IMG/VR virus record: IMGVR_UViG_3300032268_000832
Coordinates: 124,001-188,000 of that record
Direction: 5' to 3' (one strand)
Length of the DNA: 64,000 nucleotides
The position numbers and the translations under genes were made by a program. Of this stretch, positions 11,140 to 21,218 are shown piece after piece (position 1 is the stretch's first letter; every line of letters begins with the position of its first letter). The notes under the pieces were generated by a model. It saw nothing but the letters and a program-made list of their open reading frames with translations, searched no databases and was not told where the DNA came from.

Positions 11140-11527
11140 AGAAATATTATTAGCCTCGTTTATTTTCCCAGAAAGAGTTGATTGGTTTTTAGAATACCTA
11201 AAAACCAGTTTTGATATTGATAAAGTATTTTGCTACAAAAACCTAGATGATGAATCTAAGGTTATTATGACTTTTAGAATAACTGTAAACACAGAAAAAC
11301 CACTTAAATTTAAAGATTTATTTCCAAATGCCGTTATCATACATAAAAAAGGTGATGCGCTATACACTATAAATGCTATAAATAAATTAATAGAAGAAAA
11401 ATATCCAGAGTCTATAGGTAATATAGATAACAAAAACGTAAAAATAGATTGGTCAGAATATCAAAATAAGTTTATATTGATTAATAATGAAAAACTTTGT
11501 ATTTTTAATATAAAAAGAGTTTTTTAA
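11132..11527 (+). CDS. Hypothetical protein
   Basis: 131-aa ORF overlapping the previous gene by 8 nt. Confidence 0.6.
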   Translation: MNKEILLASFIFPERVDWFLEYLKTSFDIDKVFCYKNLDDESKVIMTFRITVNTEKPLKFKDLFPNAVIIHKKGDALYTINAINKLIEEKYPESIGNIDNKNVKIDWSEYQNKFILINNEKLCIFNIKRVF

Positions 11528-11579
11528 TTAGTTTATGATATTTATAAGTAAACATAAGAGATTATAAACTATTTTTATT

Positions 11580-11768
11580 ATGGAAAACAATAAAAACGAA
11601 AAGAAAACAGCTGAAGATTTAAACAAAACTTTAGATGGATATTTAAACACTCAAAACCAAGACATGGATTGTAGTTCAGGTGTTTGTGTAATTAAAGGTG
11701 ATAAAAGCCTTATTGAAAGAATAAACAAAAAAATCATAACAGAAGACGGTAGACAATTATTATTCTAA
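11580..11768 (+). CDS. Small hypothetical protein (possible virion/head-associated)
   Basis: 62 aa; preceded by ATATTTAT at 11538; TAATG coupling to the next gene. Confidence 0.55.
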   Translation: MENNKNEKKTAEDLNKTLDGYLNTQNQDMDCSSGVCVIKGDKSLIERINKKIITEDGRQLLF

Positions 11769-12553
11769 TGAAAAAGAAAGTTACGTTTAACCCAGAATTA
11801 ATAAAAGAGGAAGCTAAACGCTTTAAACTTTTAACCGAATATTCTTTTTATCACGAAGAAAATGTTATGTCACCATCAGCCACACCAGAAAAACCTGTTA
11901 TCTTAGGTGGTGAGTTAGAAGAGGCTGAAGAAGAACCACAAGCAGGTGAAGAACAAGAAGAATTAGGTTTTGACCAAGCGGCAGGTATGGAAGACCAAAC
12001 TCCAGCTGAAACTGGTGGTGAAGAAATGCCAGCTCCAGAAGAAGATACAGATATGGATTTCGGCGCACCAGCTCCAGAAGGTGGTGAAGAAATGCCATTT
12101 GAAGAACCAGCGCCAGAAGAAGACGATATAGAAATTGACGTTACTTCTTTGGTTGACGGAACTGAAGATGCTAAAAAAGCTGCTATTAAAGCAATGAAAG
12201 TATCTAAGAATTCTAGCGAAAAATTAATGGATAAATTATCTGATTTAGAAGCTAGGTTGACTAGAATGGATTCTGTAGCGGATAAAATTGAAAATTTGGA
12301 AAAAGAAATCGTTAAGAGAAACCCAACACCAGTTGAAAAATTGGAAATGCGTTCATTAAGTTCATACCCTTATAATATTAAATTAAGTGATTATTGGTCA
12401 GAAAAAGAAGGTCCTTATGATGTTATGGATAAAAAAGAAAAAGAATACGTGTTAACCAATGATGATATAGATTCAAATTATAATTATTCACAAATAAAAG
12501 ACACTTTCGATAAACCATTAGAAGACCAAGGTTATGAAGAAGAAGAAATGTAA
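11768..12553 (+). CDS. Acidic, partly coiled-coil protein; candidate head scaffold/internal protein
   Basis: E/P/G-rich disordered middle (GGEEMP twice), coiled coil LMDKLSDLEARL..IENLEKEI, N-terminal IKE/LTE motifs. Confidence 0.5.
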   Translation: MKKKVTFNPELIKEEAKRFKLLTEYSFYHEENVMSPSATPEKPVILGGELEEAEEEPQAGEEQEELGFDQAAGMEDQTPAETGGEEMPAPEEDTDMDFGAPAPEGGEEMPFEEPAPEEDDIEIDVTSLVDGTEDAKKAAIKAMKVSKNSSEKLMDKLSDLEARLTRMDSVADKIENLEKEIVKRNPTPVEKLEMRSLSSYPYNIKLSDYWSEKEGPYDVMDKKEKEYVLTNDDIDSNYNYSQIKDTFDKPLEDQGYEEEEM

Positions 12554-12562
12554 AAATAATAT

Positions 12563-12590
12563 AAACCCCTAAGAAATTAGGGGTTTTTTT
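12563..12590 (+). terminator. Intrinsic terminator
   Basis: AAACCCCTAA-GAAA-TTAGGGGTTT followed by a T tract. Confidence 0.85.
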
Positions 12591-12615
12591 ATTTATAAAA
12601 AAAATATCATAAAAA

Positions 12616-12745
12616 TTTGTTATATTGTTATTTTTTTAGTATATTTGTATATAAAAGAATTTAAAAATATAAAAAAACGTATAAAATAACGATAAAATTT
12701 TTAATTGTAAACACTTGACTTTTATTATTTTTGTTAGTATATTTG
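12616..12745 (+). promoter_or_regulatory. Tandem Bacteroidota-type promoters for the SSB/replication operon
   Basis: TTTG(12616-19)-N20-TATATTTG(12640-47) and TTGACT(12715-20)-N17-TATATTTG(12738-45). Confidence 0.7.
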
Positions 12746-12790
12746 TATAAGTTTAATATTAGTAAATAACGTAAATTATATATATTTAAA

Positions 12791-13687
12791 ATGAGTGAAC
12801 AAATGAATGCTTTAGACGCTATGTTAGCACAGTACGAGAAGAATAATGCTCCTAAGTACGAAAAACAAGAAGCGAAAACCTATGATTTGAAGAATTACTT
12901 CAACACTTACATTCCAGAAGGTGTTAAAAGTGGTACTAAAACAATCAGAATCTTACCAACTAAAAATGGTAGTCCTTTTGTAGAAATGTATGGTCACAAA
13001 GTAATGGTTGACGGAGAATGGAAAACATTCCCATGTCTTAAACATGAAAAAGGTGAGGCTTGTCCTTTCTGCGAAGCTCGTCAAGAATTGTTAGCGACTG
13101 GAAAAGACTCTGACAAAGAATTGGCAAAAAAATACAATGCACGTTTAATGTACGTTGTAAAAGTTATCGATAGAGATAAAGAAGAAGAAGGTGTTAAATT
13201 CTGGAGATTTAATCACGACTACACTAAAGGTGGTGTTTATGACAAATTATTTGCTATGATTAGTGCCTTGAAAAAAGACGTGACTAGTCCAGAGACTGGT
13301 AGAGACATTGTGGTTACTATTTCTAGAAACCAAAACAATGTTCCTGTAGTTTCAGGAATCCAAGCGTTAGACCCTTCTGTATTATCTGAGGATGAAACTA
13401 AGACTAGCGATTGGTTATCTGACGAAAGAACTTGGGAAGATGTTTATTCAGTTAGAACTTATGATTATTTAGCTATCATCGTAAGAGGTTACACTCCAGT
13501 ATGGGACAAAGATGAAAAATGTTTTGTTGCCAAAGAGTTAATCAACGAAAGTGAAGCTAAAAACAAATTAGAATCTGAGTTGACTATGGGTATTGAGAAT
13601 GTTAAATCTAACATTCAAGCTCAAGTAGCTACTGAAACATCAACACAAGCTTCTACTGAAGAAGATGACGATGATTTACCTTTCTAA
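12791..13687 (+). CDS. Single-stranded DNA-binding protein, T4 gp32-like
   Basis: IRILP..PFVEMYGH..CLKHEKGEACPFCE Zn site, YVVKVIDRD, GRDIVV, acidic tail EEDDDDLPF. Confidence 0.85.
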   Translation: MSEQMNALDAMLAQYEKNNAPKYEKQEAKTYDLKNYFNTYIPEGVKSGTKTIRILPTKNGSPFVEMYGHKVMVDGEWKTFPCLKHEKGEACPFCEARQELLATGKDSDKELAKKYNARLMYVVKVIDRDKEEEGVKFWRFNHDYTKGGVYDKLFAMISALKKDVTSPETGRDIVVTISRNQNNVPVVSGIQALDPSVLSEDETKTSDWLSDERTWEDVYSVRTYDYLAIIVRGYTPVWDKDEKCFVAKELINESEAKNKLESELTMGIENVKSNIQAQVATETSTQASTEEDDDDLPF

Positions 13688-13704
13688 TCTAAGAAAGCGT
13701 ATTA

Positions 13705-13739
13705 ACCAAAATGGAGTGAGAAATTGCTCCATTTTTGGT
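13705..13739 (+). terminator. Hairpin/terminator after SSB
   Basis: ACCAAAATGGAG...CTCCATTTTTGGT inverted repeat. Confidence 0.6.
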
Positions 13740-13771
13740 CTAAAATAACAAGGGAATAATAATATTTAAAA

Positions 13772-14881
13772 ATGGCGGTAAAACCTACCAAAACAAGTAA
13801 AACAACAATTGCAAAAAAAGAATTTAATTTAGATGATTTTAAAGAAAGTGAAGGATTAGACAATGTTGTCAAAGACAAAGAATTATCATGGATTCCATTA
13901 TCAGAAGCATTCCATGACGCATTAAAGATTCCAGGTATTCCAATTGGATTCTTTACCAGTTTTAGAGGTTATTCGAACACTGGAAAATCAACTGCAATGT
14001 ATGAAGGTGTTGCTGGTTGTCAAAAATTAGGTATCCTACCTATTATCTACGAAACAGAAGGTAACTGGAACTGGGAACATGCTAGAAACATCGGAGTTAA
14101 ATACGAAGAAGTTGTTGATGAAGAAACAGGTGAAATAACAAATTACAAGGGTGATTTTATCTTTATGAGAAACTCAGATTTGTTAAAGCGTTATCAAAAT
14201 TATGACCATCAACATAGCAAAATGGGTACTAAACCATTAAGATATGAACCAGTAGTTGAAGATATATCAACACACATGCATTATATCTTAGATAAACAAC
14301 AAGAAGGTGTGTTACCAAGAGACGTAGCTTTCTTTTGGGATTCAGTAGGTTCAATCAACTGTTTCAAAGGAGCTACTTCAAAAACAACAAATAACCAATG
14401 GACTGCTGGTGCTTTGGCGAATTGTTTTAAATCTCTTATCAATTACAGAATCCCAGCGTCTAGAAACGAAGATTCACCTTATACCGCTACATTTGCTGTG
14501 GTACAACAAATATGGCTTGATAATGAAAATAAAGTTATCAAACACAAAGGTGGTGAAGCTTTCTTCTATTCTCCAAGACTTATTGTTCACTTCGGTGGTA
14601 TATTAACACATAGTACTGAGAAACTTAAAGCTACATTAGGTGGTGAGGAATATGAATTTGGTGTTGAGACTCGCGTTAGATGCGAAAAGAACCAAGTAAA
14701 TGGTGTTGTTCAGAAGGGTAAAATCGCTTCTACACCACATGGGTATTGGGCCCCAGATAAAATTAATGATTACAAAGACCAACACAAAGAGTTTATCAAA
14801 GCTCATTTGAATACTGAGTATGATGATTTTATCATTGAGAAAGAAGAAATTGGGTTAACTGGCAAAGACATGTCAGCTTAA
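13772..14881 (+). CDS. uvsX: RecA/UvsX-like recombinase
   Basis: Walker A GYSNTGKST, YETEG, Walker B FFWDSVGS, KGGEAFFY, KNQV. Confidence 0.85.
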   Translation: MAVKPTKTSKTTIAKKEFNLDDFKESEGLDNVVKDKELSWIPLSEAFHDALKIPGIPIGFFTSFRGYSNTGKSTAMYEGVAGCQKLGILPIIYETEGNWNWEHARNIGVKYEEVVDEETGEITNYKGDFIFMRNSDLLKRYQNYDHQHSKMGTKPLRYEPVVEDISTHMHYILDKQQEGVLPRDVAFFWDSVGSINCFKGATSKTTNNQWTAGALANCFKSLINYRIPASRNEDSPYTATFAVVQQIWLDNENKVIKHKGGEAFFYSPRLIVHFGGILTHSTEKLKATLGGEEYEFGVETRVRCEKNQVNGVVQKGKIASTPHGYWAPDKINDYKDQHKEFIKAHLNTEYDDFIIEKEEIGLTGKDMSA

Positions 14882-14908
14882 TAGTATTAACATTTAAAAA
14901 GAAATGTC

Positions 14909-15961
14909 GTGAATAAAAGACCACCTAAGAATGGTGAAATAAGACAAAAAATACAAAACACTTTATTGGTAGACGGAAATGCCCTGTTCAAATCAGGGTA
15001 TTTCGGCGCCAAAGGTGAGTACAACTACAAAGGAGAACATATTGGTGGTATTTACCAATTCCTAACCATGGTAAGAAAATTATTAACTGAGAACATGTAT
15101 CATAAAGTATATGTTTTTTGGGATGGTAATTTTAGTGGTAAATTAAGATATGAAATATATAGCCCCTACAAGAGCAGTAGAGGGAAAGACTACTTAAATG
15201 GCACGCAACCAATAGACGAAGATGAACTTCGCGAAAGAAGAGTTGTGATGCAATATCTAGAAGAATTATTTATTAGACAATTAAAACATGAGGTCGTTGA
15301 AAGTGATGACTTCATAGCTTATTATTGTCTAAACAAAAAACAAAATGAAAAAATAACAATATGTACCAATGATACGGACATGGCGCAATTAATTTCTGAA
15401 GATGTTAGAATTTATTTCCTACGTTTAAAAAATTATGTTGATAATGTCAATTTTTCTTCGTATTTTTGTTATCATTTAGAAAATGCCGCTTTGGTAAAAT
15501 CAATGGTTGGAGATAATTCAGATTCAATCAAAGGTATTAAGAGTTTAGGTGAAGATACGTTGGTAAAACACTTCCCAGAATTAAAAGAACGAAAAGTAAG
15601 TTTAACCCAAATAATTGAAAGAGCAAAAGAAATACAAAAAGAAAGAGCTGAGCAAAAAAAGAAACCTCTAGCTGTATTAGACAACATTATCAATAGAGTA
15701 ACGGATAGTGTATTGGGTGATAAAATCTATGAAATAAATTATAAATTAGTAGATTTAAAAAATCCATTTATGACAAAAGATAGCGAAAGAGAGTTAGAAC
15801 TTCTAATTGAAGGTGATTTAGACCCAAATGGTCGAAGCATCAAGAATGTTCTTAGTTACATGGAAAAAGATGGTTTAAGAAAATTGATAGGTGAAACTAG
15901 ATATGAAAACTACCTTATACCATTTAAAGAATTAATTACTAGAGAAACAAAAACAATTTAA
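14909..15961 (+). CDS. 5'-3' exonuclease / flap endonuclease (PolI N-terminal, T4 RNase H-like)
   Basis: LLVDGNAL, VFWDG, YKSSR, ESDDFIA, TNDTDMAQL, GDNSDSIKGIKSLGEDT; GTG start. Confidence 0.9.
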   Translation: MNKRPPKNGEIRQKIQNTLLVDGNALFKSGYFGAKGEYNYKGEHIGGIYQFLTMVRKLLTENMYHKVYVFWDGNFSGKLRYEIYSPYKSSRGKDYLNGTQPIDEDELRERRVVMQYLEELFIRQLKHEVVESDDFIAYYCLNKKQNEKITICTNDTDMAQLISEDVRIYFLRLKNYVDNVNFSSYFCYHLENAALVKSMVGDNSDSIKGIKSLGEDTLVKHFPELKERKVSLTQIIERAKEIQKERAEQKKKPLAVLDNIINRVTDSVLGDKIYEINYKLVDLKNPFMTKDSERELELLIEGDLDPNGRSIKNVLSYMEKDGLRKLIGETRYENYLIPFKELITRETKTI

Positions 15962-15964
15962 AAA

Positions 15965-16480
15965 ATGAGCGATTATAATAAAAACGAAGAATTGAGATAT
16001 CAATTCATTTTATATATCAATGACCATATTGTGTGTCAAAGATATTTTAACATTTTTGATTTTAATGAAGAATCATTAGAATCTATGGAATTAAAAGAAT
16101 TAATGGCATCTATTGCTGGAATGAATAACGGACAACATGGTTCTTTAGGAATCATACCGCGTTATTTACAAAAAAAGTCATTAACTTATTTGTGGGACAA
16201 TTACAACCCATATATGCAACAAACTGAAGACAACATTAGAAATGTTGTTGATAGAAAAGACAACTTTCAATTTGAAATTAAAATTGATGATAAGTGTGTT
16301 GCTAAAACTGAATTTAGTGGAAACAATTTTCCACCTAAAATTAGATACGCTGTCGATGTTAGAGAAATAATCCCAGAGATTATGAGTGAAATCAGAACGT
16401 ATTTAAGTCAAAAAACTTACACGATTGACAGTAAAACAAAGCCTTGGAAAAAATCTCAAAAAGAATTTTTGGTAAAGTAG
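15965..16480 (+). CDS. Hypothetical protein in replication cluster
   Basis: 171-aa ORF between the exonuclease and helicase; no motif recognised. Confidence 0.6.
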   Translation: MSDYNKNEELRYQFILYINDHIVCQRYFNIFDFNEESLESMELKELMASIAGMNNGQHGSLGIIPRYLQKKSLTYLWDNYNPYMQQTEDNIRNVVDRKDNFQFEIKIDDKCVAKTEFSGNNFPPKIRYAVDVREIIPEIMSEIRTYLSQKTYTIDSKTKPWKKSQKEFLVK

Positions 16481-16500
16481 TTATTCATACTACTTTACCA
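16470..16500. repeat. Perfect 12-bp inverted repeat upstream of the helicase
   Basis: TGGTAAAGTAGT-tattcat-ACTACTTTACCA, no U tract, abutting ATATTTAT at 16500. Confidence 0.7.
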
Positions 16501-16536
16501 TATTTATAATTACACAGTTTTAAAAACTATATATAA

Positions 16537-17985
16537 ATGGCAAAACAATTAAGAGAAGATTTTTCATATTTAGGTAACGAATACCAATACAAATTAATAT
16601 TACAATTACTAACGGACCGCAGGTTTGCTAACTCAATTATAGACATTATTGACCCAAAATACTTTAAAGATACAAATTTAAGTTTAATAGTTTCTACTAT
16701 AATTGATGCAAAAGAACAAGACGATACGATTATAGATAAACAAGGTTTAGAATATCGTTTATTGGAAAAAATTCCAGACGAGTTAAACAGAAGAGCCTTG
16801 ATTTCAGAATTGAGAAAAATAGAAAACTCTAATTTAAATGATAGTATCTATGTTCAAGAATCAGCTATGAAATTCTGTAAACAACAAGAATTAAAAAAAT
16901 CAGTTGGTGAAATTTCTAGAATTATTGAAAATGGTGATATTGACAGTTATGATGAATGTGAAAAAATACTTAGAAAAGCTTTAGAACATGGTGATTCTAG
17001 AGATGATGTAGTTGATGTTTTGGAAAATGTTGATAATGTTTTAGTTGATGATTTCCGTAACCCTATACCAACAGGAATTGAAGGTTTAGATGAAGTTATG
17101 GATGGTGGTTTATCTAAGGGTGAATTGGCGGTTATCTTAGCACCTTTTGGTGTTGGAAAAACAACAATGATAACAAAAATTGCTAACACAGCTATGAATT
17201 TAGGTAAAAATGTATTACAAATTTTCTTTGAAGATAATCCAAAAGTAATTCAAAGAAAACATTTAGCTTGTTGGTCTGGTTATGAATTAAACGATTTGTC
17301 TTTACATAAAGACAAACTTAAAGAAATGGTTGAACTTATGAAAAGTAAACAAGGTGTTCTTAAACTTAAAAAGTTTTCAAGTGATGGAACAACTATACCA
17401 GTAATAAGAAATTATATAAGAAAGCTTTCAGCTCAAGGGTTTAGACCAGATATCGTATTATTAGATTATATTGATTGTGTTGAACCATCTAAAAAATTTA
17501 CAGATGCTAATGTCGGTGAAGGTAGCGTAATGAGACAATTTGAATCATTATTATCCGAATTTGATATAGCTGGATGGACAGCCGTTCAAGGTAATAGAAG
17601 TTCAATTAAAGCCGATGTTGTTGAATCTGACCAAATAGGTGGTTCAATCAAAAAAGGTCAAATTGGTCACTTCATAGTATCGATAGCTAAATCATTAGAC
17701 CAAAAAGAAAGTGGTACTGCTACAATGGCAATACTAAAATCTAGATTTGGTAAAGACGGTATTGTTTTCCAAGACATTAGATTTGATAACGCTAGAATTC
17801 AAATTGACATGGGTGAAAACAAAGGCGGTAGAACGTACTCAGAGCAAAAGGAACACAAGAAGGTTAGTGAACAACAAAGGGTTAGAGAAATTTATGAACA
17901 AAAACAAAACAGAGATAACATCTTGAATAAAGAGGTTGTTTTAAACACATTAATTAACGAGAATTTAAACAAAGAAGAAATTTAA
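16537..17985 (+). CDS. dnaB: Replicative DNA helicase (DnaB/gp41-like)
   Basis: IPTGIEGLDEVMDGGLSKGELAVILAPFGVGKTT, VLLDYID, WTAVQGNR, ILKSRFG. Confidence 0.9.
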   Translation: MAKQLREDFSYLGNEYQYKLILQLLTDRRFANSIIDIIDPKYFKDTNLSLIVSTIIDAKEQDDTIIDKQGLEYRLLEKIPDELNRRALISELRKIENSNLNDSIYVQESAMKFCKQQELKKSVGEISRIIENGDIDSYDECEKILRKALEHGDSRDDVVDVLENVDNVLVDDFRNPIPTGIEGLDEVMDGGLSKGELAVILAPFGVGKTTMITKIANTAMNLGKNVLQIFFEDNPKVIQRKHLACWSGYELNDLSLHKDKLKEMVELMKSKQGVLKLKKFSSDGTTIPVIRNYIRKLSAQGFRPDIVLLDYIDCVEPSKKFTDANVGEGSVMRQFESLLSEFDIAGWTAVQGNRSSIKADVVESDQIGGSIKKGQIGHFIVSIAKSLDQKESGTATMAILKSRFGKDGIVFQDIRFDNARIQIDMGENKGGRTYSEQKEHKKVSEQQRVREIYEQKQNRDNILNKEVVLNTLINENLNKEEI

Positions 17986-17987
17986 AC

Positions 17988-18941
17988 ATGTATTTAAAAG
18001 ACAGTACCGTAAAAAAAAGATATTCTATTTTCCCAATCATACATAATGATTTGTGGCAAATGTATAAAAAAGCTGAAGCCCAGACTTGGGTAGCTGAAGA
18101 AATTGATTTAAGTAAAGATGATTTCGAGGGTCTAAAAGACGCTGAAAAAACATACTTAAAAAACATATTGGCATTTTTTGCCATATCGGATGGTCTAGTT
18201 ATTGACAATCTAGCAACTAACTTCTTAAACGAAGTTGAGTTGTTAGAAGCTCAGTATTTCTATGGTCATCAAACATTTATAGAACAAGTCCACGCAAATG
18301 GATATTCACTATTAATTGAAACCTATATTAAAAATTTAGTCGAAAGAGAAGAGTTATTCGATGCTATGGAAACTAACCAAGCGGTTGCTAAAAAAGCAAC
18401 ATGGGCTGAAAATTGGATTCACCATCCGTCTTTTGGTCATAGATTAGTTGCATTTGCTTGTGTAGAGGGTATTTCATTCGCGAGTGTATTTTCTGGAGTG
18501 TTTTGGTTTAGAAGTAAGAATAAAATGCCAGGTTTAGGTGGTATGAACGAATTAATTTTAAGAGATGAAACATTCCATTACGAGTTTGCACTTAACTTGT
18601 ATAAAAATTATTTGAAAGATGATTACAAACTTTCAAAAGAGGAACTTAGAAACATAATTTTAGGTTGTTACGAAATAGAAAAAGTATTTGTTGAAGATAG
18701 TATGCCAGATGGGTTACAAGGGATGACAAAAGATGATATGGTTCGTTACGTGCAATATGTAACAGATATCGTTCTTAATGATTTTGGTTGCGATGTAGAA
18801 TTCAATGTAACAAATCCTTTAGACTATATGGCTAGAATTGGTTTATCAGCTAAAAATAATTTCTTTGAAAAAAGAGATGGTGAGTATACTAGAGTTGAAA
18901 TACCTACAACCACTGAAGGAATGTTTGACGCAGATTTTTAA
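17988..18941 (+). CDS. nrdB: Ribonucleotide reductase class Ia beta subunit
   Basis: WVAEEIDLSKD, FFAISDGLV, EQVHANGYS, VEGISF, RDETFH, NFFEKR. Confidence 0.95.
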   Translation: MYLKDSTVKKRYSIFPIIHNDLWQMYKKAEAQTWVAEEIDLSKDDFEGLKDAEKTYLKNILAFFAISDGLVIDNLATNFLNEVELLEAQYFYGHQTFIEQVHANGYSLLIETYIKNLVEREELFDAMETNQAVAKKATWAENWIHHPSFGHRLVAFACVEGISFASVFSGVFWFRSKNKMPGLGGMNELILRDETFHYEFALNLYKNYLKDDYKLSKEELRNIILGCYEIEKVFVEDSMPDGLQGMTKDDMVRYVQYVTDIVLNDFGCDVEFNVTNPLDYMARIGLSAKNNFFEKRDGEYTRVEIPTTTEGMFDADF

Positions 18942-18954
18942 TTAATAATAAAAT

Positions 18955-21111
18955 ATGAAAATAGTAAAAAGAGACAAAACGACACAGGCGTTTACGCCTA
19001 ACAAAATTCTAACTAGAATTAAAACACAAGCCAAGGGGTTAAAAATTGATTCTGATGTGTTGTTCCAAGAAGTAATTCCGTTAATTACAGATAATATTAC
19101 AACAACTGAAATTGACGAAGTCATTGCTTTCAAAGCTGCTGATAAAATTATACAACACCCAGATTATTCGTTATTAGGTGGTCGTATATTATTAAGCCGC
19201 CAATCAAAATTAATAGGTAAAGAACTACAACCAGTAGACTTAACTTATGATTTCTTTGCAGCAACAACATTCTTGAGTAAATACTCAATGAGAGATGAAA
19301 AGAAAACACCATTGGAATTACCGTCATGTATGTACGAAAGAGTAGGCATGCACTTACACGGTGATAATGATATTGACAGAGAAGAATTATTAGAAGAATT
19401 AAAATCTAAAAGAGGTAACTTTGCAACACCAACATATACAAATGCTGGTATTGAAAAAAGAGGTGGTATGATTAGCTGTAACCTTACACATTTAGAAGAT
19501 GATTCTTTCGAAGGTATCGAAGAAACGCTTAAGAAGATTTCTGCGGCATCTAAAGAAGGTTCTGGTATTGGTTTATTAATTGACCCACTTCGTAGCAAAG
19601 AGAGCATGGTAGAGTCATTTCAAGGCAACGCTGGTGGTGTTGTGAGACTTGCCGATATGGTTCAATCTAAAATGAGATTTTATAAACAAGGTTCTCGTTC
19701 TGGAAGTTGCGCGTTATATATATCTTTATGGCATAGAGATATTATGGATTTCTTAGAATTAACTTTACCAATTGGTTCAGCTGAATTAAGAACCAAAGAT
19801 TTATTTACGTCAATCATTGTAAATGATTTGTTTATGGATAAATTGGAGAAAGGTGAAGATTGGTATTTGTTTTGTCCTAACGATATTAAAAAAGCTGGTT
19901 TAAAACCATTATATAATTTACATGGTGAAAAGTTCAACGCTGAATATCAAAAAGCTGTTGATTTAGGTATAGGTAAAAAAGTTAATCCTAAGGATATTTT
20001 TGATGCTATCATTAAATCACAAGTTGAAAGTGGTAGACCTTATGTTATGTTCAAAGACAACGCGAACAAACGTAATATGCAAGATAATATCGGGCCTATA
20101 AAACAATCAAACTTATGTATTGAGGTAATGCAAGCGTCTAAACCAAAATACACACCACAATGTACATTAGCATCTGTTAACTTAGCTGAACACGATACGT
20201 TAGAAACTATCGCGCAAACAACTAGAGTTCTTGTTAGAGCACTTAACAAAGTGATTGACAAAAACAAATGGAGTGATAATTGGAGCGAGAAAGCTGGTTT
20301 AGACCAAAGAGCGTTAGCTATTGGTGTTGCAGGTTTAGCTGATTTCTTTGCTAAAAAGAAAATATCTTTTGAGAGCGAAGAAGCTAAACAATGGAATAAA
20401 GATATATTCGAAACAATGTACAAAACAGCTGTTATTGAATCTATGTTATTGGCAGAAGAAAAAGGTGAGAATTATCCAGCATGGGAAGGTAGTCGATACT
20501 CTAAAGGTGAGACATATATTGAAGGTTGGTCACCAAAACCTGAGGGTGAACCAATTCCTATGTATAACAGTTTGTTATTAGGTTTGATGCCAACAGCTTC
20601 ATCAGCAATTTTGTTAGGTGTGTTTGAATCATTTGAACCAGCAACTGCAAATTTGTTTACCAGAAGAGTTGGTCAAGGGGAATTTTTAGTTGTTAACAAA
20701 TATTTGGTTAATGAATTAATTGAAAATAATCTTTGGGATTCAACCATAATTGATAAAGTAATTAAAAATCAAGGTAGTGTTCAAAACATTGTTGAAATTC
20801 CAGAAGAGATTAGAAATAGATATAAAGATGTTTGGGAAATTCCACAAAGAGTATTGTTAGATTTATCGATAATTAGAAATAAATATGTTGACCAATCTCA
20901 ATCACTTAATGTTTATCATTCTGATGCAAAATACGGTAAAATAGCCAGCGCGCTTATGTACGCATGGAAAGGTGGGCTTAAAACTGGTGTTTATTACACT
21001 AGAACTAAATCTAAATTAGAAGCGAATTCTAAATTAGCTAGTAATCAAATAGCAAACCAAGTTGAAAAACCAAAAGATTCTCAATTTGAATGCTTTGGGT
21101 GTTCAGCTTAA
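18955..21111 (+). CDS. nrdA: Ribonucleotide reductase class Ia alpha subunit with ATP cone
   Basis: MKIVKRD ATP cone, ATPTYTNAG, SNLCIE, CTLASVNL, MPTASSA, DQSQSLN, KTGVYY, C-terminal CFGCSA. Confidence 0.95.
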   Translation: MKIVKRDKTTQAFTPNKILTRIKTQAKGLKIDSDVLFQEVIPLITDNITTTEIDEVIAFKAADKIIQHPDYSLLGGRILLSRQSKLIGKELQPVDLTYDFFAATTFLSKYSMRDEKKTPLELPSCMYERVGMHLHGDNDIDREELLEELKSKRGNFATPTYTNAGIEKRGGMISCNLTHLEDDSFEGIEETLKKISAASKEGSGIGLLIDPLRSKESMVESFQGNAGGVVRLADMVQSKMRFYKQGSRSGSCALYISLWHRDIMDFLELTLPIGSAELRTKDLFTSIIVNDLFMDKLEKGEDWYLFCPNDIKKAGLKPLYNLHGEKFNAEYQKAVDLGIGKKVNPKDIFDAIIKSQVESGRPYVMFKDNANKRNMQDNIGPIKQSNLCIEVMQASKPKYTPQCTLASVNLAEHDTLETIAQTTRVLVRALNKVIDKNKWSDNWSEKAGLDQRALAIGVAGLADFFAKKKISFESEEAKQWNKDIFETMYKTAVIESMLLAEEKGENYPAWEGSRYSKGETYIEGWSPKPEGEPIPMYNSLLLGLMPTASSAILLGVFESFEPATANLFTRRVGQGEFLVVNKYLVNELIENNLWDSTIIDKVIKNQGSVQNIVEIPEEIRNRYKDVWEIPQRVLLDLSIIRNKYVDQSQSLNVYHSDAKYGKIASALMYAWKGGLKTGVYYTRTKSKLEANSKLASNQIANQVEKPKDSQFECFGCSA

Positions 21112-21130
21112 CGATTAAAAATAAAGATAT

Positions 21131-21159
21131 AAAAAGGAGCTTATAAGGCTCCTTTTTTT
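21131..21159 (+). terminator. Intrinsic terminator
   Basis: AAAAAGGAGC-ttataag-GCTCCTTTTTTT. Confidence 0.85.
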
Positions 21160-21218
21160 ATTTCACATATTTACTAATAAAAATAGTTTATTATAATATT
21201 TATGAAATAAAGAACATT

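Noticed and set aside
12553-12791. tRNA/ncRNA or replication origin in the largest intergenic gap
   Set aside because: The gap is accounted for by a terminator and two promoters; no cloverleaf or iterons are visible.
13772-21111. Inteins, introns or homing endonucleases in RecA, DnaB or RNR
   Set aside because: Protein lengths are normal or short, with no intein splice motifs and no LAGLIDADG/HNH inserts seen.
17988-21111. Eukaryotic giant-virus origin suggested by the eukaryote-like RNR and Cys-rich proteins
   Set aside because: The sigma-70, bacterial promoters, intrinsic terminators, PG-degrading enzymes and contractile-tail baseplate all point to a bacteriophage.
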